In this document: in pieces, positions 11,161 to 23,632 of the stretch
How the letters are laid out: the number at the start of each line of letters is the position of its first letter
Position numbering within the stretch: the first letter of the stretch is position 1
Origin: Rhynchobatus australiae
Taxonomy: Eukaryota
Assembly (NCBI GenBank): GCA_034780895.1
Contig: JAUZTB010000027.1
Location: 34,065,109-34,129,108, forward strand
Length of the DNA: 64,000 nucleotides
Direction: 5' to 3'
Translations under genes and position numbers: made by a program
The notes under the pieces: model-generated
The model's database searches: none
What the model saw: only the letters and a program-made list of their open reading frames with translations
What the model was told of the DNA's origin: nothing

Positions 11161-12644
11161 GAGCACTATCACTCACTAAGGTCATTTTTCTCATTTTGCA
11201 CTTGTATATCCCTTACCACCTCACTTTCTGGCAATCTACATGCATCTATAGTGTGAGCTTTTTACACGTTATAGATATAACGTTCTGCACTTGCAGATAC
11301 ATCACTGCCCAAACCAAAAGAAAACACAAATAATACATCAAGTGATTAGAGCAATAATCACTTTAGCTCCTGGTGTCTAGGCTTACCACAGCCCTTCAAC
11401 CTCTTTAAAATACATCAAAGAAATGTAATTTGGAACCATGGTTTCACAATATACCTCACAACATGATTTTAGTAAGCCACAAGTGATGAGTCATGAATGA
11501 GTATATCTACTGCAAAGTGGAAGATTATTGTAAGCCACTGTCCTCTAATTTATAATACCTTTTACCAGCACTGCACACATTTTTTATTATAGATAAACTG
11601 TGGCATCATTTTTAAAAAGGTGATTCTATTCCTGTGAGAACTGATTCTTTTATTAAATAAAACCTGAGTTATCACGTGGAGACTCTAGCCATCGCTTCCT
11701 AATTGACCTTATTTTTTTCCTTCGGCTCCCTTCTCCTAGGTTATGCCATGCCACATGATCTTTGGTCTTTCAAAAAAAATGCTCTTCAATTAAAAGAAGT
11801 CTAACTGGGATTTTAAAGATTAGAAACAGGTAGAGTTTTCCATGCACAAGACTCTGCTGTTGTCAAGATTTCATGTGGAGGTAAATTACTTTTAAGTGAC
11901 TTGCTGGTAAGTGGGTCAATCTGTAAGTTATTGTGCAACAGTTTCCTAAAACCAAAGCAAACATTTTGCGATAGCTGCCAGGTTATACTTGTTAGTAAGT
12001 CTGGCCAATAGAAGCAGGCGTAATGGCTTATTCTTAATGTTTTAAAAACTATACTCTGTCCTTTGTATTGTCCAAAACAGGCAATTACTAATTGGCTAAA
12101 GAATACAAAAGAATACAGTATGCTGAGTTACCAGAGGCACCTTTACACTACACCTAGGGTCCCAGATCATGCTCAAGAGGAGACCTGTAAATCCTTTCTC
12201 ACTACTCCTAATGGAGATTTTTTGGAAGCAATCCAATGTTTGGTACACGTTTGCGAATTACGCAACCGTACAAAAACAAACTGGCAGGTAATTTGGTCAA
12301 CGCTCTTTAGAGAAGGCAGTAAGACAGTGACAGAGATTTCAGTTGTCATCATTTTGGTTTTACAATGGAAAAAACTTCCATGAAGGAGACAGCTTTCCAT
12401 GGTTGGCCAGCATTAGTTCATTGCATCACATGCTTTGATCATAATGCAGGAACTTGCTCCGTAAATTAAGAAGGCCCGAGCTGAGAGTACCTAACCAAAG
12501 TAAAAGAAATTATCTTACTTTTCATTATAGAGGTGGAAATTGCATTCTTTATATTTAGTTTTGTCGATACTCTGTCGAAGTAACTCACTGAGACCCAGTG
12601 GTGTGAAAACATCTTCCAATATTTTTGAAGTTTTCTCTAATCAA

Positions 12645-12822
12645 CTAGCAGGAACAGGAACAACATTTAAGAAGCATCTGGACAGGTACTTGAATGAGCA
12701 AAGCATAGAAGAATATGGAATTAATGCATACAGTGGGATTAGTATAGATAGTCCTGATGGTTAGCATAAATGCAGTGGGCTGAAGGGCCTGTTTCTATGC
12801 TGTACAACCCTATGGCTCTAAC
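12645..12822 (+). mobile_element. CR1 (HER1-like) LINE 3' end
   Basis: Translates TTFKKHLDRYLNEQ (CR1 ORF2 terminus), with 3' tail gggctgaagggcctgtttctatgctgta...ctatggctcta. Confidence 0.75.
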
Positions 12823-12926
12823 TTTCTCCCCCTTTCCTCCTTATTGGGATAGAGTTATACAAGTGCCAATTCCTCTCCAGCACCTATGGCTAACCCTTAT
12901 GTATGATTCTCAACAACAATGATGGC

Positions 12927-13157
12927 TAGATATTAGATATTTATTTTTTAGTCACATGTACATTAAAAACACAGTGAAATGTGTCTTTTTGCGTTATTTG
13001 AGAATGTTCTGGGGGCAGCTGGCAAATGTCACCACTCTTCCACCGCCAACATAGCATGCCCACAGATCCTAGCCTGTACATCTTTGGAATGTGGGAGGAA
13101 ACTGGAGCACCCAGAGGAAACCCACGCAGACACGGGGAGAACATACAAACTCCTTAC
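12927..13157 (-). mobile_element. V-SINE (HE1-like), 5' part lost in N gap
   Basis: Close reverse complement of 45998-46222, including V-domain tctttggaatgtgggaggaaactggagcacccagaggaaacccacgca. Confidence 0.85.
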
Positions 13158-15234
13158 NNNNNNNNNNNNNNNNNNNNNNNNNNNNNNNNNNNNNNNNNNN
13201 NNNNNNNNNNNNNNNNNNNNNNNNNNNNNNNNNNNNNNNNNNNNNNNNNNNNNNNNNNNNNNNNNNNNNNNNNNNNNNNNNNNNNNNNNNNNNNNNNNNN
13301 NNNNNNNNNNNNNNNNNNNNNNNNNNNNNNNNNNNNNNNNNNNNNNNAACATTTTTAGAGCAATTGTGTGTGCTGAACTTACTCCACATAACCCAGCTTG
13401 GAATTTTCTTGGTCTTTGTGGTTGTCATTCAGTGGATACATTGTGAATGCACCAGTGGAACATGTTTGGTTTTCAGTTAACTTGGCACTCAACAATAATT
13501 TTGAACAACAGAGATAAATAGTAGAAAAGTTGTGCCAAAAAAAATCTGGAGCACAGTTAATTGAATAGAATAGCTGGTTCTGCCTCTTGTATCTTTGTGC
13601 ACCCTCTATAATAATAAGTGATGCAATTCAATCTTGATTGTCTTCAATGCAAATGTCAAGTCTTATTGTCATCCTATTGTATTTAGAACACACGCCTTTG
13701 CCTGTGGCTGTGGTATAGTTTATATATTCCATGAAGGTTACATTAAGGGTATTGAGTTTATGGTGAGTGTAAGCAATAACACAATACTTCTGAATATTCA
13801 GAATGAGAACAGATGGGCCAAGTTGTCATTTCTTGTTCCTTTTTGCCTTGTTCTTAGCTGAAAAACTGATGTAGCTAAAGCACATTATTAAGGGTATGCT
13901 TATAAACAGGATTAACTCCTCAATCTACTACTGTGGTACCTACTTGCTTATTTAACTTGTAAAGTAAATACATTACTGATACTTCTTTTTTCACATTGTT
14001 TGTAAAGTGTTCTAGTCATTGCCATAATNNNNNNNNNNNNNNNNNNNNNNNNNNNNNNNNNNNNNNNNNNNNNNNNNNNNNNNNNNNNNNNNNNNNNNNN
14101 NNNNNNNNNNNNNNNNNNNNNNNNNNNNCATTGCCATAATATCAAATGATGTGTCTCTGTTTGTTTTATAAAGAACTCACTAGCTAGGTTGCTATGTCCA
14201 GGATGTGTAGGATGTCTTTATACAAATAAAAGAGAACTGTAACAGCAAACAAGCACTGTAATGTCAAAAAGGTAGAAACTTCACTCCACTGAAGGTATCA
14301 GTGATATAAAAATCTGAATAGCAGATCTCACTGACACGGCCTTCACACACATGAAACATATACTGTCATCTAGCACCTCATGCTTGGGAAGGCCTGGATG
14401 GAATGCATTGTCTGTGAAGCAACTTCTCACTGTTTTCCATTGCAATACAAAAAATCCAAACAAAAACATGTTTGAATGCCAATGTGATGAAATAAACCTT
14501 ACATTTGTGGCTGGTGAGCAGCCAGTGTGAAGCTGCCAGGAAAAAGGACTGAGATGCATACAATCAGATGAACAACTAAAACATCTTTAACAGTGCATTA
14601 ATTTTTGGAACAGTGTGAAGCTCAATTTTTAATGTGGGGCACAAAATTCATTCTGTACCATTAGGTTTATTAAATAAATGCCCATAAATTATATCACAAT
14701 GAATGTGTAGATATTAAGATTATATATCTGAGAGAAGCTGTGATGTAATAAAATAATTTCAGGAACATTTTATCGGTGGAACTTAGCCTGATAGACTGAA
14801 ATGTGCAAATTAGCAGTAGAACATTTGTATAAAATGTACCTATTGAGTGGTTTTATGTAGATTTTTTTCTTTAGGTCATCAAACCATTCTTGATCAATCA
14901 AAATACCCAAATAATAAATGGATGATATTATATTTCTTCATAACCATTTTAAGTTCCACTCGTGCTAATACCTATTTGCTAAGAACAGAGCATTTTTGCC
15001 TTGAGCTGTAACCAAAATCTCATTTGTGTTTCCTGGCTCTGGGAAGTAGCCTCATTCTATTAGACAAAAAATAAATAAAAGGTAAATCTTCTTTTGTATT
15101 AACATATAAAACAACTATGCCCGATATTCCACTCACTGATAAATACTCCACTGAGAATTCAAAGAATCACCATATTTCAATCTCATGTGTTAAGACTGCC
15201 AAGCATCCAACAATTACCAATGATGTCCCAATGA

Positions 15235-15640
15235 ACATATAAAACTAGGCAAGAATAGACCACTTGGCCCTTCAAGCCTGCTCCTATATTCAATGAAAAC
15301 ATGGCTGATCTGATTGTAATGTCCACTCTACATTCCTGTTTGCATATAGTAACCTCACTACTTTGCTTATCAAGAAAATGTTATCTCTGCCTTAAAAATA
15401 TTCAAAATCTGCTTCCACTGATATTAGAACAGAGACTTGAGAGACAAAAAAATCGCTTCTTCTCTTTCCTAAATGGGTGACCACTTACGGGTAACCAGCA
15501 ACATTTAGTTTCATATTTTCGAACAAGAGGAAACATTAGGACCTGTCAGGATCTTCCTTATTTCAATCAAGTCATCTCTCCTTCTTATAAACTCTAGTAG
15601 TTACAAGCCTAGCCAACCCAACCTTTTCTCATTAGACAAT
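15235..15640 (-). mobile_element. CR1-type LINE 3' end, decayed
   Basis: Same family as 4768-5225 (caagcctgctc, gcttatcaag, ccttaaaaatattcaaa). Confidence 0.65.
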
Positions 15641-16489
15641 CCTATTGAAAACACATACCATGAGATCAAGGGAAACTATATTTTTTGAATGACTCAGTAT
15701 GAAGCAACATTTTTGGATGATTTCAGCAAGTACACAAGAAGATATTTAGGATGACTTGTCATTTTCAAATCAAAATATAAGCTTCATATTTCAGGAAAAT
15801 GACAGGTAAATGACTTCCAAGAACCATTTGACTTCCTGGGCAATCACAGACATTGGTCTGGAAACCTAGCCATGAAAATCTAGTGACTTCTCTGGCATGG
15901 ATTTCACCACTCCTGACATTGATTGATGTCTCAGTTCTGTGGGAACATTGGTGTTCACCAACAATCCAGCAATATTTTAAACAAAATAAAGATTGCATCA
16001 CAGATAATCATAAGCCAGCTTTAAAAAATATAAGCATTCTGATTTTATAAGACCCTTTAAATCTTGAAATATTTATTTGAGACAATTACAATCCACAGAT
16101 ATAAAATTAGTTTTGCAGTCCAGGGTGGTTGCCAGCAGGTTATTACTTCATAAAATGTACTTACACCATACAACAAAATATAATCCATTTGGGGTATCTT
16201 ACAGGTGAGTCACCCTTAGGTGATTTATGAAGATTAATCTGGAGAAGGCTACAAAATAGCATACACCATGGAAAAGCAAGGAACACCAACAGTGGCTTCT
16301 ATACATTTGTGTTTAACTACATAGGTATACAGTCCAGAGGTTGCTGTCAGTTTTGTGGCACAATGGCAACAATAAAATCCAAACCAATATTTACAAGAAC
16401 AATGCTGTATGATTTCATTTGCACAAGGAGTACCCGTTGATTTGGAAAATGAGAAACAACTCATAATTGCATAACATTTTTCACAGCCT

Positions 16490-16915
16490 GATTACATCCC
16501 AAAGGCATTAAGTATTATTTTAAAAATGTAATTCCTGTTAAAAAGCCAATGTCTACATTGCAAAATCTCACAAACCAATTAACCGGACAATCTGATTCAA
16601 TTCTGACAAAAGGTGTTCAACCTGATGCACTGACCCTTTTTCTCTTTCCACAGACACTGCCTGCTCTGCCCAATGCTTCCAGCACCTAGAGTTTTTATCA
16701 GTCTGTTTCATATGCTGGTTAGGAGTGTTGGTCAGGACAGTGGGGGCACTTCTTCAAGTGGTGCACTTGAACTTTTGCATCCACCTGATAAGCCAGTGGG
16801 GCCTTAGCTTAACATGCCATCTGAGAGTGTAAAATCTCAGCCGTGGATTGTGTGCTCAAACTCCTGGAAAGAAGTTGAACCCCTGCCTTTCTGACTCAGA
16901 AATAATGGTGCTGAG
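16490..16915 (-). mobile_element. Deu-domain SINE remnant with a nested Penelope-type fragment (~16600-16700)
   Basis: gttggtcaggaca...catccacctga...ggattgtgtgctcaa...gttgaacccctgcctttctgactcaga is similar to 10790-11160. The nested piece tctctttccacagacactgcctg...ttccagca is similar to 63390-63440. Confidence 0.5.
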
Positions 16916-19289
16916 GCTGACATTTACCAAATGATCTCATATTACAGCAGTTTATCCGCAAATTTCTAAACTGTAAGTCCAGGGTTCATTTTTCCGTGTG
17001 CTTCTGTTCCAATTTCAGTCAATCATTAATTTCCTTTATATGTTCTCAATAGTAGAATCTCAAACCCAGTAATTATGGCTAATGATATCATCCTGGCCTT
17101 ATCTCCTGAACTTGTCCTTTATCTGCCTGTAGACTTGGTGGGAGGAAGAGCTGTAATACATGTGTTAGCACGGTAATGAACGTATAAGTTCTTTAAGTCT
17201 GAAATTTTGTGTGAGAGAAATATATGCAGTGTAGAGAGAACCTGAAAGCACACACTGAATGCCATCAAAGATGTTTGATGTTGCTAAAATGGGCATCATG
17301 GTTGNNNNNNNNNNNNNNNNNNNNNNNNNNNNNNNNNNNNNNNNNNNNNNNNNNNNNNNNNNNNNNNNNNNNNNNNNNNNNNNNNNNNNNNNNNNNNNNN
17401 NNNNCCCGACCTTTGACTCGAACCACTGTCTGGGTTGGAATTTGCGCGAGGAAATGTAAGAAACAAGGGGATAAATATTCACTTCACTTGAAAGATCGCC
17501 CTCCTTCATCCTTTCGTCATTTTTGGATTAGCTATTTCCACTTCTCAACGTAATGCATGGCTAAGAGTACTTTGCTACGATGCAAAAATATTTTCGAATT
17601 CGAGTCACTTGTTCTAAAATGTTCTGCATTGGAATTACTGATGGTAAGAACATCGTCTCGTAAAGCCAACTGAAAATAAAGTCGAAGGGTTTTATTTTCA
17701 CTGCAAGTGCTCACTACTTGCCCAGCACAACATAGAACCCACCAGCAGTGTTACATGTAACGAGTACATATTTTTATGGTATCATTACTGAAGTCTCAAA
17801 CATTTAGTGTCCTAACTCGAAGCTCGCGGCAATTTACAAACCGCTCAATCTCGCTGTAGAAAATCAGAATTACACTGTGGCTATTTCGTGATCTTTTTCT
17901 TGATCTCCGAAAACAGATGAATTCAAATAAACTTATAGGTAAACTCTTTCAACTTCGCAATACTTTAAACGATTCCTTCATTTTCAACCAATTAGAGAAC
18001 CCAATCGATGCAGAGGTGTGTTAACTCACTCCCCAGCCTTCGCAGTGAACCCCTGAGCTTCCCGGTAATTGGTCCCAATGTACCCGGACACACACATTTG
18101 ATTTCTCTACAAGGTGTGATTGAAAAATCCAATGTTCCAAATAAGCATTTCCGTACTGACATTCCGAACTTTTTACTTTCCTTTATAAAGTGAGATTCAA
18201 TCCTATTCGGTCTGATATTACTGGGGAAACTTCCTCCAACCAGAGAATCTACAACCAGAAGGTCTAATAATTGTTTCTTTATTTAAGAAGCGGCGGGTCA
18301 GATGGTTCACAGATCCCTGTTACTGGAGATACACACTATACAAAGCAGTGCAGCAAAACCTGAAAACTAGCCAATGCTGACAACAATTCCTCCCACAGGC
18401 AACTTCACTCCTGCCAATCCGGTTCAAACCACAGGCACCGAACTAAAGGAACTAGTTGTAAAGTCTGGAATATACTTAGCATTCTGGATGTATGAAGTGA
18501 CCCAAAAATCTCTTCGCCCGAATATGTTTGGTTGGTCCAGTATTCTTAAGTAACGGTGTCCCTCCCATGGCTGTGACTGCCGAGAGGTCCCTCCCTTTAC
18601 CGGGGGAATGTAGCAACTAGCACACCTGTCTCTTCAAAGATAGAGCTGCCTATCTGGGCGCTGTCTTCAATTCCAACTCCCCCCCCCCAAAGAAAAAGAC
18701 AGCCGCACCTCCGTCGCTGATCCGAGGGGGCAATGTATTGGATGAAGGGGTTGGGATTTTGAAAAAAAATGCCAAGCCAAGCCTTTTCCCTGGTGGAACT
18801 TTGTTTCCCGAGTGCCCAAAGTCCACATGCGAATATCTGATGAATTTCAAAGATCTAGTTATTTTAAAAGATTGCTTGTTGAGAAATCATTTTTTTAAGT
18901 AATCAATTCCAAAGATTAATTGAAAGCAAAAAAATAAAGAGCATCATTAAATCATTTCAAAAGCATTAACATGAAAGCGCGGGCTGTTTTATTAACAACA
19001 TGAGCTCAAGACGGGGAATTACCCAATTGCGGTAAAATCCAACATATTGAAACAATATGCCAATTGGGCCTATTCGGGTTTATGCTTTTATTTAAGTACT
19101 GGGACCGCTGTAAAAGTTTAAAGTATTTAACTTCTAAACAGCAGTATTTTCGAACAAATCCAGCTGGTGTTCAATCTTTTAGTTATCACCACCGTCAACC
19201 TGATCCCCCGCTCTTCTTGAAAATACCCAAGTCCGCATGTTTCTTTATTTTTAAATAAAATCCTTCATCAAGCAAACTAGTGAAAAACT

Positions 19290-19820
19290 GAGTGGGAAAA
19301 AGATGATTGCATCAATCAGTGTCAGGCCAACCAGAGATGATTTATGAATATGCGTAATGGGTTCTCACTTCTGAACAGGAATAGTGGGCAGATAATTGAT
19401 TAGACGGGAAGGGGGATGAGCGAGATCGCAAGAAGGGAGGGAGGGAGTGGAAAACAGAATCAGGAGATTGGAGAGAGAACTAACTGTATTTTCATACACA
19501 TCAATGAGACAGCTGAAGTAATAAATGCCCGAGACTGGTCCAATGATTAGTGAAAAGAAACATTTCCATAAGTTTCAAGCAATTTCCCAATAATAGTTTT
19601 CAATTTCCAAGATATTCATGAGCATTAAAACAATTGGGACATTGCTGCTCTGTGTTGCCTCACTGGTTAAATGGGACTAGGTGCCGTCGAAAGTGAAGCT
19701 CCAGGAGTTCCTTAAATTAGCAGGAACAGCAAACACCAATTAAAGGCGGAAAGTTCAAACAATGCTCTAAATTATGCCAGGGGTACAGTTGATGTGCTGT
19801 CGTCAGACTGTGAAGCTTTC
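19290..19820. promoter_or_regulatory. Putative conserved non-coding enhancer 3' of irx3
   Basis: ATCAATCA (19311-19318, TGATNNAT on minus), TGTCA (19320-19324), TGATTTATGA (19338-19347) and TAATTGATTA in non-repetitive sequence. Conservation is inferred, not computed. Confidence 0.55.
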
Positions 19821-21424
19821 TATTCTGCATGAGGATTTATCAGAGAGAGAGAGAGACGAGTAACTTGCCGGCCTCCCAACCTCACATTAGTGAGTCCTGG
19901 CTAAACTTCCTGCACCCCACTCTTACGGTGAACGGCCCAAACGTGTCAATTGTTTTTCAATTTAATTGGTTTTATTTTAATTGATTCTAAGATTGGACCT
20001 AGAAAATGGAACAGAAAGGCCGGATTCGATTCTGTTCGCCAAATGAGGCGTCTGATAGCTTGAAGTGAATATTGTAGGAAGTATTTGGTGAGACAGACAC
20101 CGCATTAACTACGGTTGTGTTTGCTGAGCTGTACATTCTCATAACCAAAATGAAGGAGGGTGGGGATCTTGGCTAGGCAACTAAACCATAATATACAAAC
20201 ATTTTAATTAAAGCTTTTCAAACTACTCTGAGCTAATTCTAACAAAAAAAACTGCTTGCGTGTTTCAGTTTCTTGAATAAATGCACAGTCGCAACTATTT
20301 GCACTCTGCGTGGCAATTGGAAAATTAAAGGATTTGCAATTTATTGCATTTATTTAAATAACCTTAAAGGTAGTGCTTTCTTTTTTTTAAAGGTGCAAAA
20401 CAGAAATATCATTCGCTCTAGTTAACTTGCATGCACCCGCCTCACAAACCCAGAATCTCCTTCATGTCTAACCGTCGTAAAAAGCACATTTTGTCCCATT
20501 TTAATCGGAATGTATTTTCATTTAAAAGGTCCAACAAAAAAAAACATTTTTAAAATGAGTTTAACTTAATATTTCTTTATTTTACCTTCGGTTGACTTAG
20601 GCTCAAACGTAGCAGTCGATTGCACTTCAAACCGCAGTACTTTATTGTATTATAAATTAATGCGATGTCGAGGTCTCTTAGCATGGTCTAATCGAGCAAT
20701 CGGCAGAACGCTACTTTGTGAAAGATCCGCCAGGTGCGGAGTTTTGTCATAAAATGATCGGGGGAGTATCAATTTCCTACCTTTGGAAGAACCCGAAAGC
20801 TTGGGGTAACCCGCGCTAGTAAGACATGTTTAATTTCTTAACGAAACTCGGGTAGGATTCAGTGAAAATCATTAACAACTACAACGAAACACATCACAAG
20901 AATTCAAAGGACCTGGCACTACTGGGGAATAAACGTGTAAAAAATAATTTCATTTATTATCAAGAATTTATAAAGAACTTGGATAGGCATTTTTAATGAG
21001 CATTAAATTTGGAACAATAATTTTGATGCCGGTCCCTTTAAAAATGATTAATGCGCTGTCTGGTCGGTTTTCAAGGAATGCTTCTTTTTACAATTACTGT
21101 ATGTCTGCGCACACAACTGGTAGGGGCCTGTTTCAACCATTCCCAACGTTTTATTCGTTAAATTATTTCCCTTTCGGGGAATGACAACATTCGGGAGGGA
21201 ACAAACGGACTTACTCCCAGGGAACAAACTTCTGCACAAAGTTGGGAGCCGATTGAAGTTTGACTTGTGGCCTCGATCATTTCAGAATTCACAGCTAAGT
21301 TCTGCAAAATACCGAGGACAAATGGCAGTTTCAGAATCCCACGGCTCTGAAAGCAACGCACACAGTGAATCAAAAGTTTTTATACTTTTTTTCACAGATC
21401 ATCAAATTTTACAAAATGAAGGGA

Positions 21425-21530
21425 TTGAGCGGAGCAAGAATAAATTAGGCAGCTGGCGTTTTATGACTCTTATCTCTCCTTGATGTACCACCATTAATTT
21501 GCGGCGGTTCTCTCTGGTTATTACTGCGAC
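21425..21530. promoter_or_regulatory. Putative enhancer just 3' of irx3
   Basis: E-box CAGCTG (21450-21455), TTTTATGAC (HOX/CDX type, 21459-21467), CTTATCT (GATA) and CCATTAATTT within 100 bp. Confidence 0.4.
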
Positions 21531-22284
21531 ATTTCAGGGTGTCTGCCTGCAGGAGGCGCTCTAAGTCCGATTCTTGGNNNGCCCCCCACCCCCCCCCCCC
21601 ACCCCCCATCCCCGCCTCCCTCTCACTGTAAAACCCAACACATCAGCGTCTGCCCTTCGGGGGTCTGGTATTATACAAGTCATTTAGTCATTATACTGCA
21701 TTAAGTGTCTCCAGCATCTACAATCATCTCGCATTAAAATATTGCCGTGGTGTTTAACCACAATCATTAACGATAAAGTGAAATTATGATCTCTTGCAAC
21801 CAGTTACGATATTTACTAAAACCTACAATAGGATAATCCTTAAAGCATTGTTTACAAATAACGGATCTAAACAAACGGCGAAGCTGTACTTCAGTGCAGT
21901 ATTTTGGTTTCTTCAATAACGTTGCAAACATAGTGTAACAATTTAATCTCTGCGTTATTTAGGCACTTGGGAATAGTTTTTAACTATTAGCTGCAAAAAG
22001 CGATTGTAATAACTGCCCGCTAACGGAGACACCAGCATTTTAAAAAGAATTCAGAAGGGATCATATGTTTTACAATTTGATGCGGACTGTTATAAACCGT
22101 CATACAAAAAAATCTTTGAAATCGTATTTAGGCATTTTCAGTTAAATCGCTTCTTTTGCAGCATTTCCAATATGCATTTTCTCTTGGCCGAAATGTCAAT
22201 TGATAGTCACACATCTCAATGCATTTAGCAAACAAAACATTGATATGTTCCTGGGGAATTGCTACTCGTTGACAGTTTTGAAAA

Positions 22285-22322
22285 TTCAGACACAAATGTA
22301 AAGTCGTAACTGTTCATTTATT
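22285..22322 (-). terminator. irx3 polyadenylation signal with downstream GU-rich element
   Basis: Minus strand AATAAA at 22322-22317, CA about 20 nt downstream (22298-22297), then TTTGTGTCT. Several upstream UGUA motifs. A second proximal AATAAA lies at 22519-22514. Confidence 0.7.
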
Positions 22323-22627
22323 AGCCAAAAATATATACTTTCTTGTACAATTTCGTTCACACGTATGTACATTTTTGTTTGCGGTATATACAAAACATCT
22401 CGAACACCAGGTGATAACTAATTTTCACTCGACTTACAAAAAAAACTGGGTTCCACATGTCACAAACTGAACTAATTGATACACGCCTTCTCGGCAAGTA
22501 TAACATTACCAATTTTATTTTAATACACATACATGCTTACAGGTTAAACTATACAGGGGGAACATTTTTACATTCCATTTAACAAGAAAATGGTTACAAA
22601 ATAAAGTTTAAAAAAAGCCAAAAGGGA

Positions 22628-22682
22628 CTATGCGGAGGAGAGCGCCGACAAAACCATGGCTGCATCGAGTTGGTTCTGGGGT
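22628..22682 (-). CDS. irx3: Iroquois homeobox 3, coding exon 4 (terminal)
   Basis: Acceptor TTCGTTTCAG|A. Encodes (R)PQNQLDAAMVLSALSSA then TAG (22630-22628), matching IRX3 PQNHLDAALVLSALSSS. Total CDS 213+1012+67+55=1347 nt, 448 aa. Confidence 0.95.
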
Positions 22683-22901
22683 CTGAAACGAATAAAATTA
22701 TTGACCATCAGTGTTTACAACTTTTGTAATAAACATTGACACCCATGTTTTGCATAAAATGTTGCAATTTAAGATTTGAATGCAGATTAACTGCGATGAA
22801 AAGTAGCCCAAAAAAATAGTTGTAGGCCTGCTTTGATTGGGATCTCGAGTCTGGTATGAAATCGTGGGAATATACAGGGAACAATAAAATGTATTTCTTA
22901 C

Positions 22902-22968
22902 CGTCTCTGAACCGGCTGAAAAGCTGTCTTTACTATTTTTTTCTCTATTTCCAAGGCACTGCTTCGAT
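22902..22968 (-). CDS. irx3: Iroquois homeobox 3, coding exon 3 (67 nt)
   Basis: Acceptor TTTACAG|AT, donor CG|GTAAGA. In phase it encodes (D)RSSALEIEKKIVKTAFQPVQR(R), matching the IRX3 C-terminal motif DRxSALEVEKKLLKTAFQPV. Not in the ORF track because it is short. Confidence 0.95.
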
Positions 22969-23632
22969 CTGTAAATAATAACGAGTTCTTATAATTGGTA
23001 TTGTTCGCCATTACCGAGGCCACCTTTACCCAGAGCGACACGCTGAAATTCAACTTTGTTGGGGAATCGTTATATATTATACAACTTGAAGGATAAAGTG
23101 ATCCAAATACAATATATGGTAAGTGTTATCTTATTACATTGGTCTTTTCTGCCGTCTAATACTTATTGGAAAAAAGTTGCTGTAATCAAATTATAAATTA
23201 TCATTTACAATGGTGCTAAAGATCAGCTTATAATAAATGTAATTTTGGCCATCAAAAAATCATTATCCCATTACTTTGATTGCGCCTTGTAGGAGTTTTA
23301 TTTTGTATTCAGTTACAGTTGAGCAATGCTACTTTTCGGAAACAGGATGTAAAAATCTCTAGGTATCGATTCAAAAGCTTGGAGAAAGAGCCTTTGTATA
23401 GATATTACCAGAAAATAAAATTAATTCGAAACAGTATGGATCACTTTGGAGATCTTCACTGAGTTCTCTTTCATTTTAAATTTCAACTTTAAAGGGGGCC
23501 CAGCGTTAAAGGCTGCTAATTCAATTTTATTCTTTTTTTTGCATTAAGTTGATCCTTGTGAAAATTTTGTCTGGTGTTCTCACAGTCTGGCTGGAGCATG
23601 TATTTTGTATTTTTCAGTCAAGTGCTCTGTAC

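Noticed and set aside
14017-14140. 12 bp direct repeat (cattgccataat) flanking a 100-N run
   Set aside because: Same pattern as at 33.4 kb, so it is most likely an assembly artefact.
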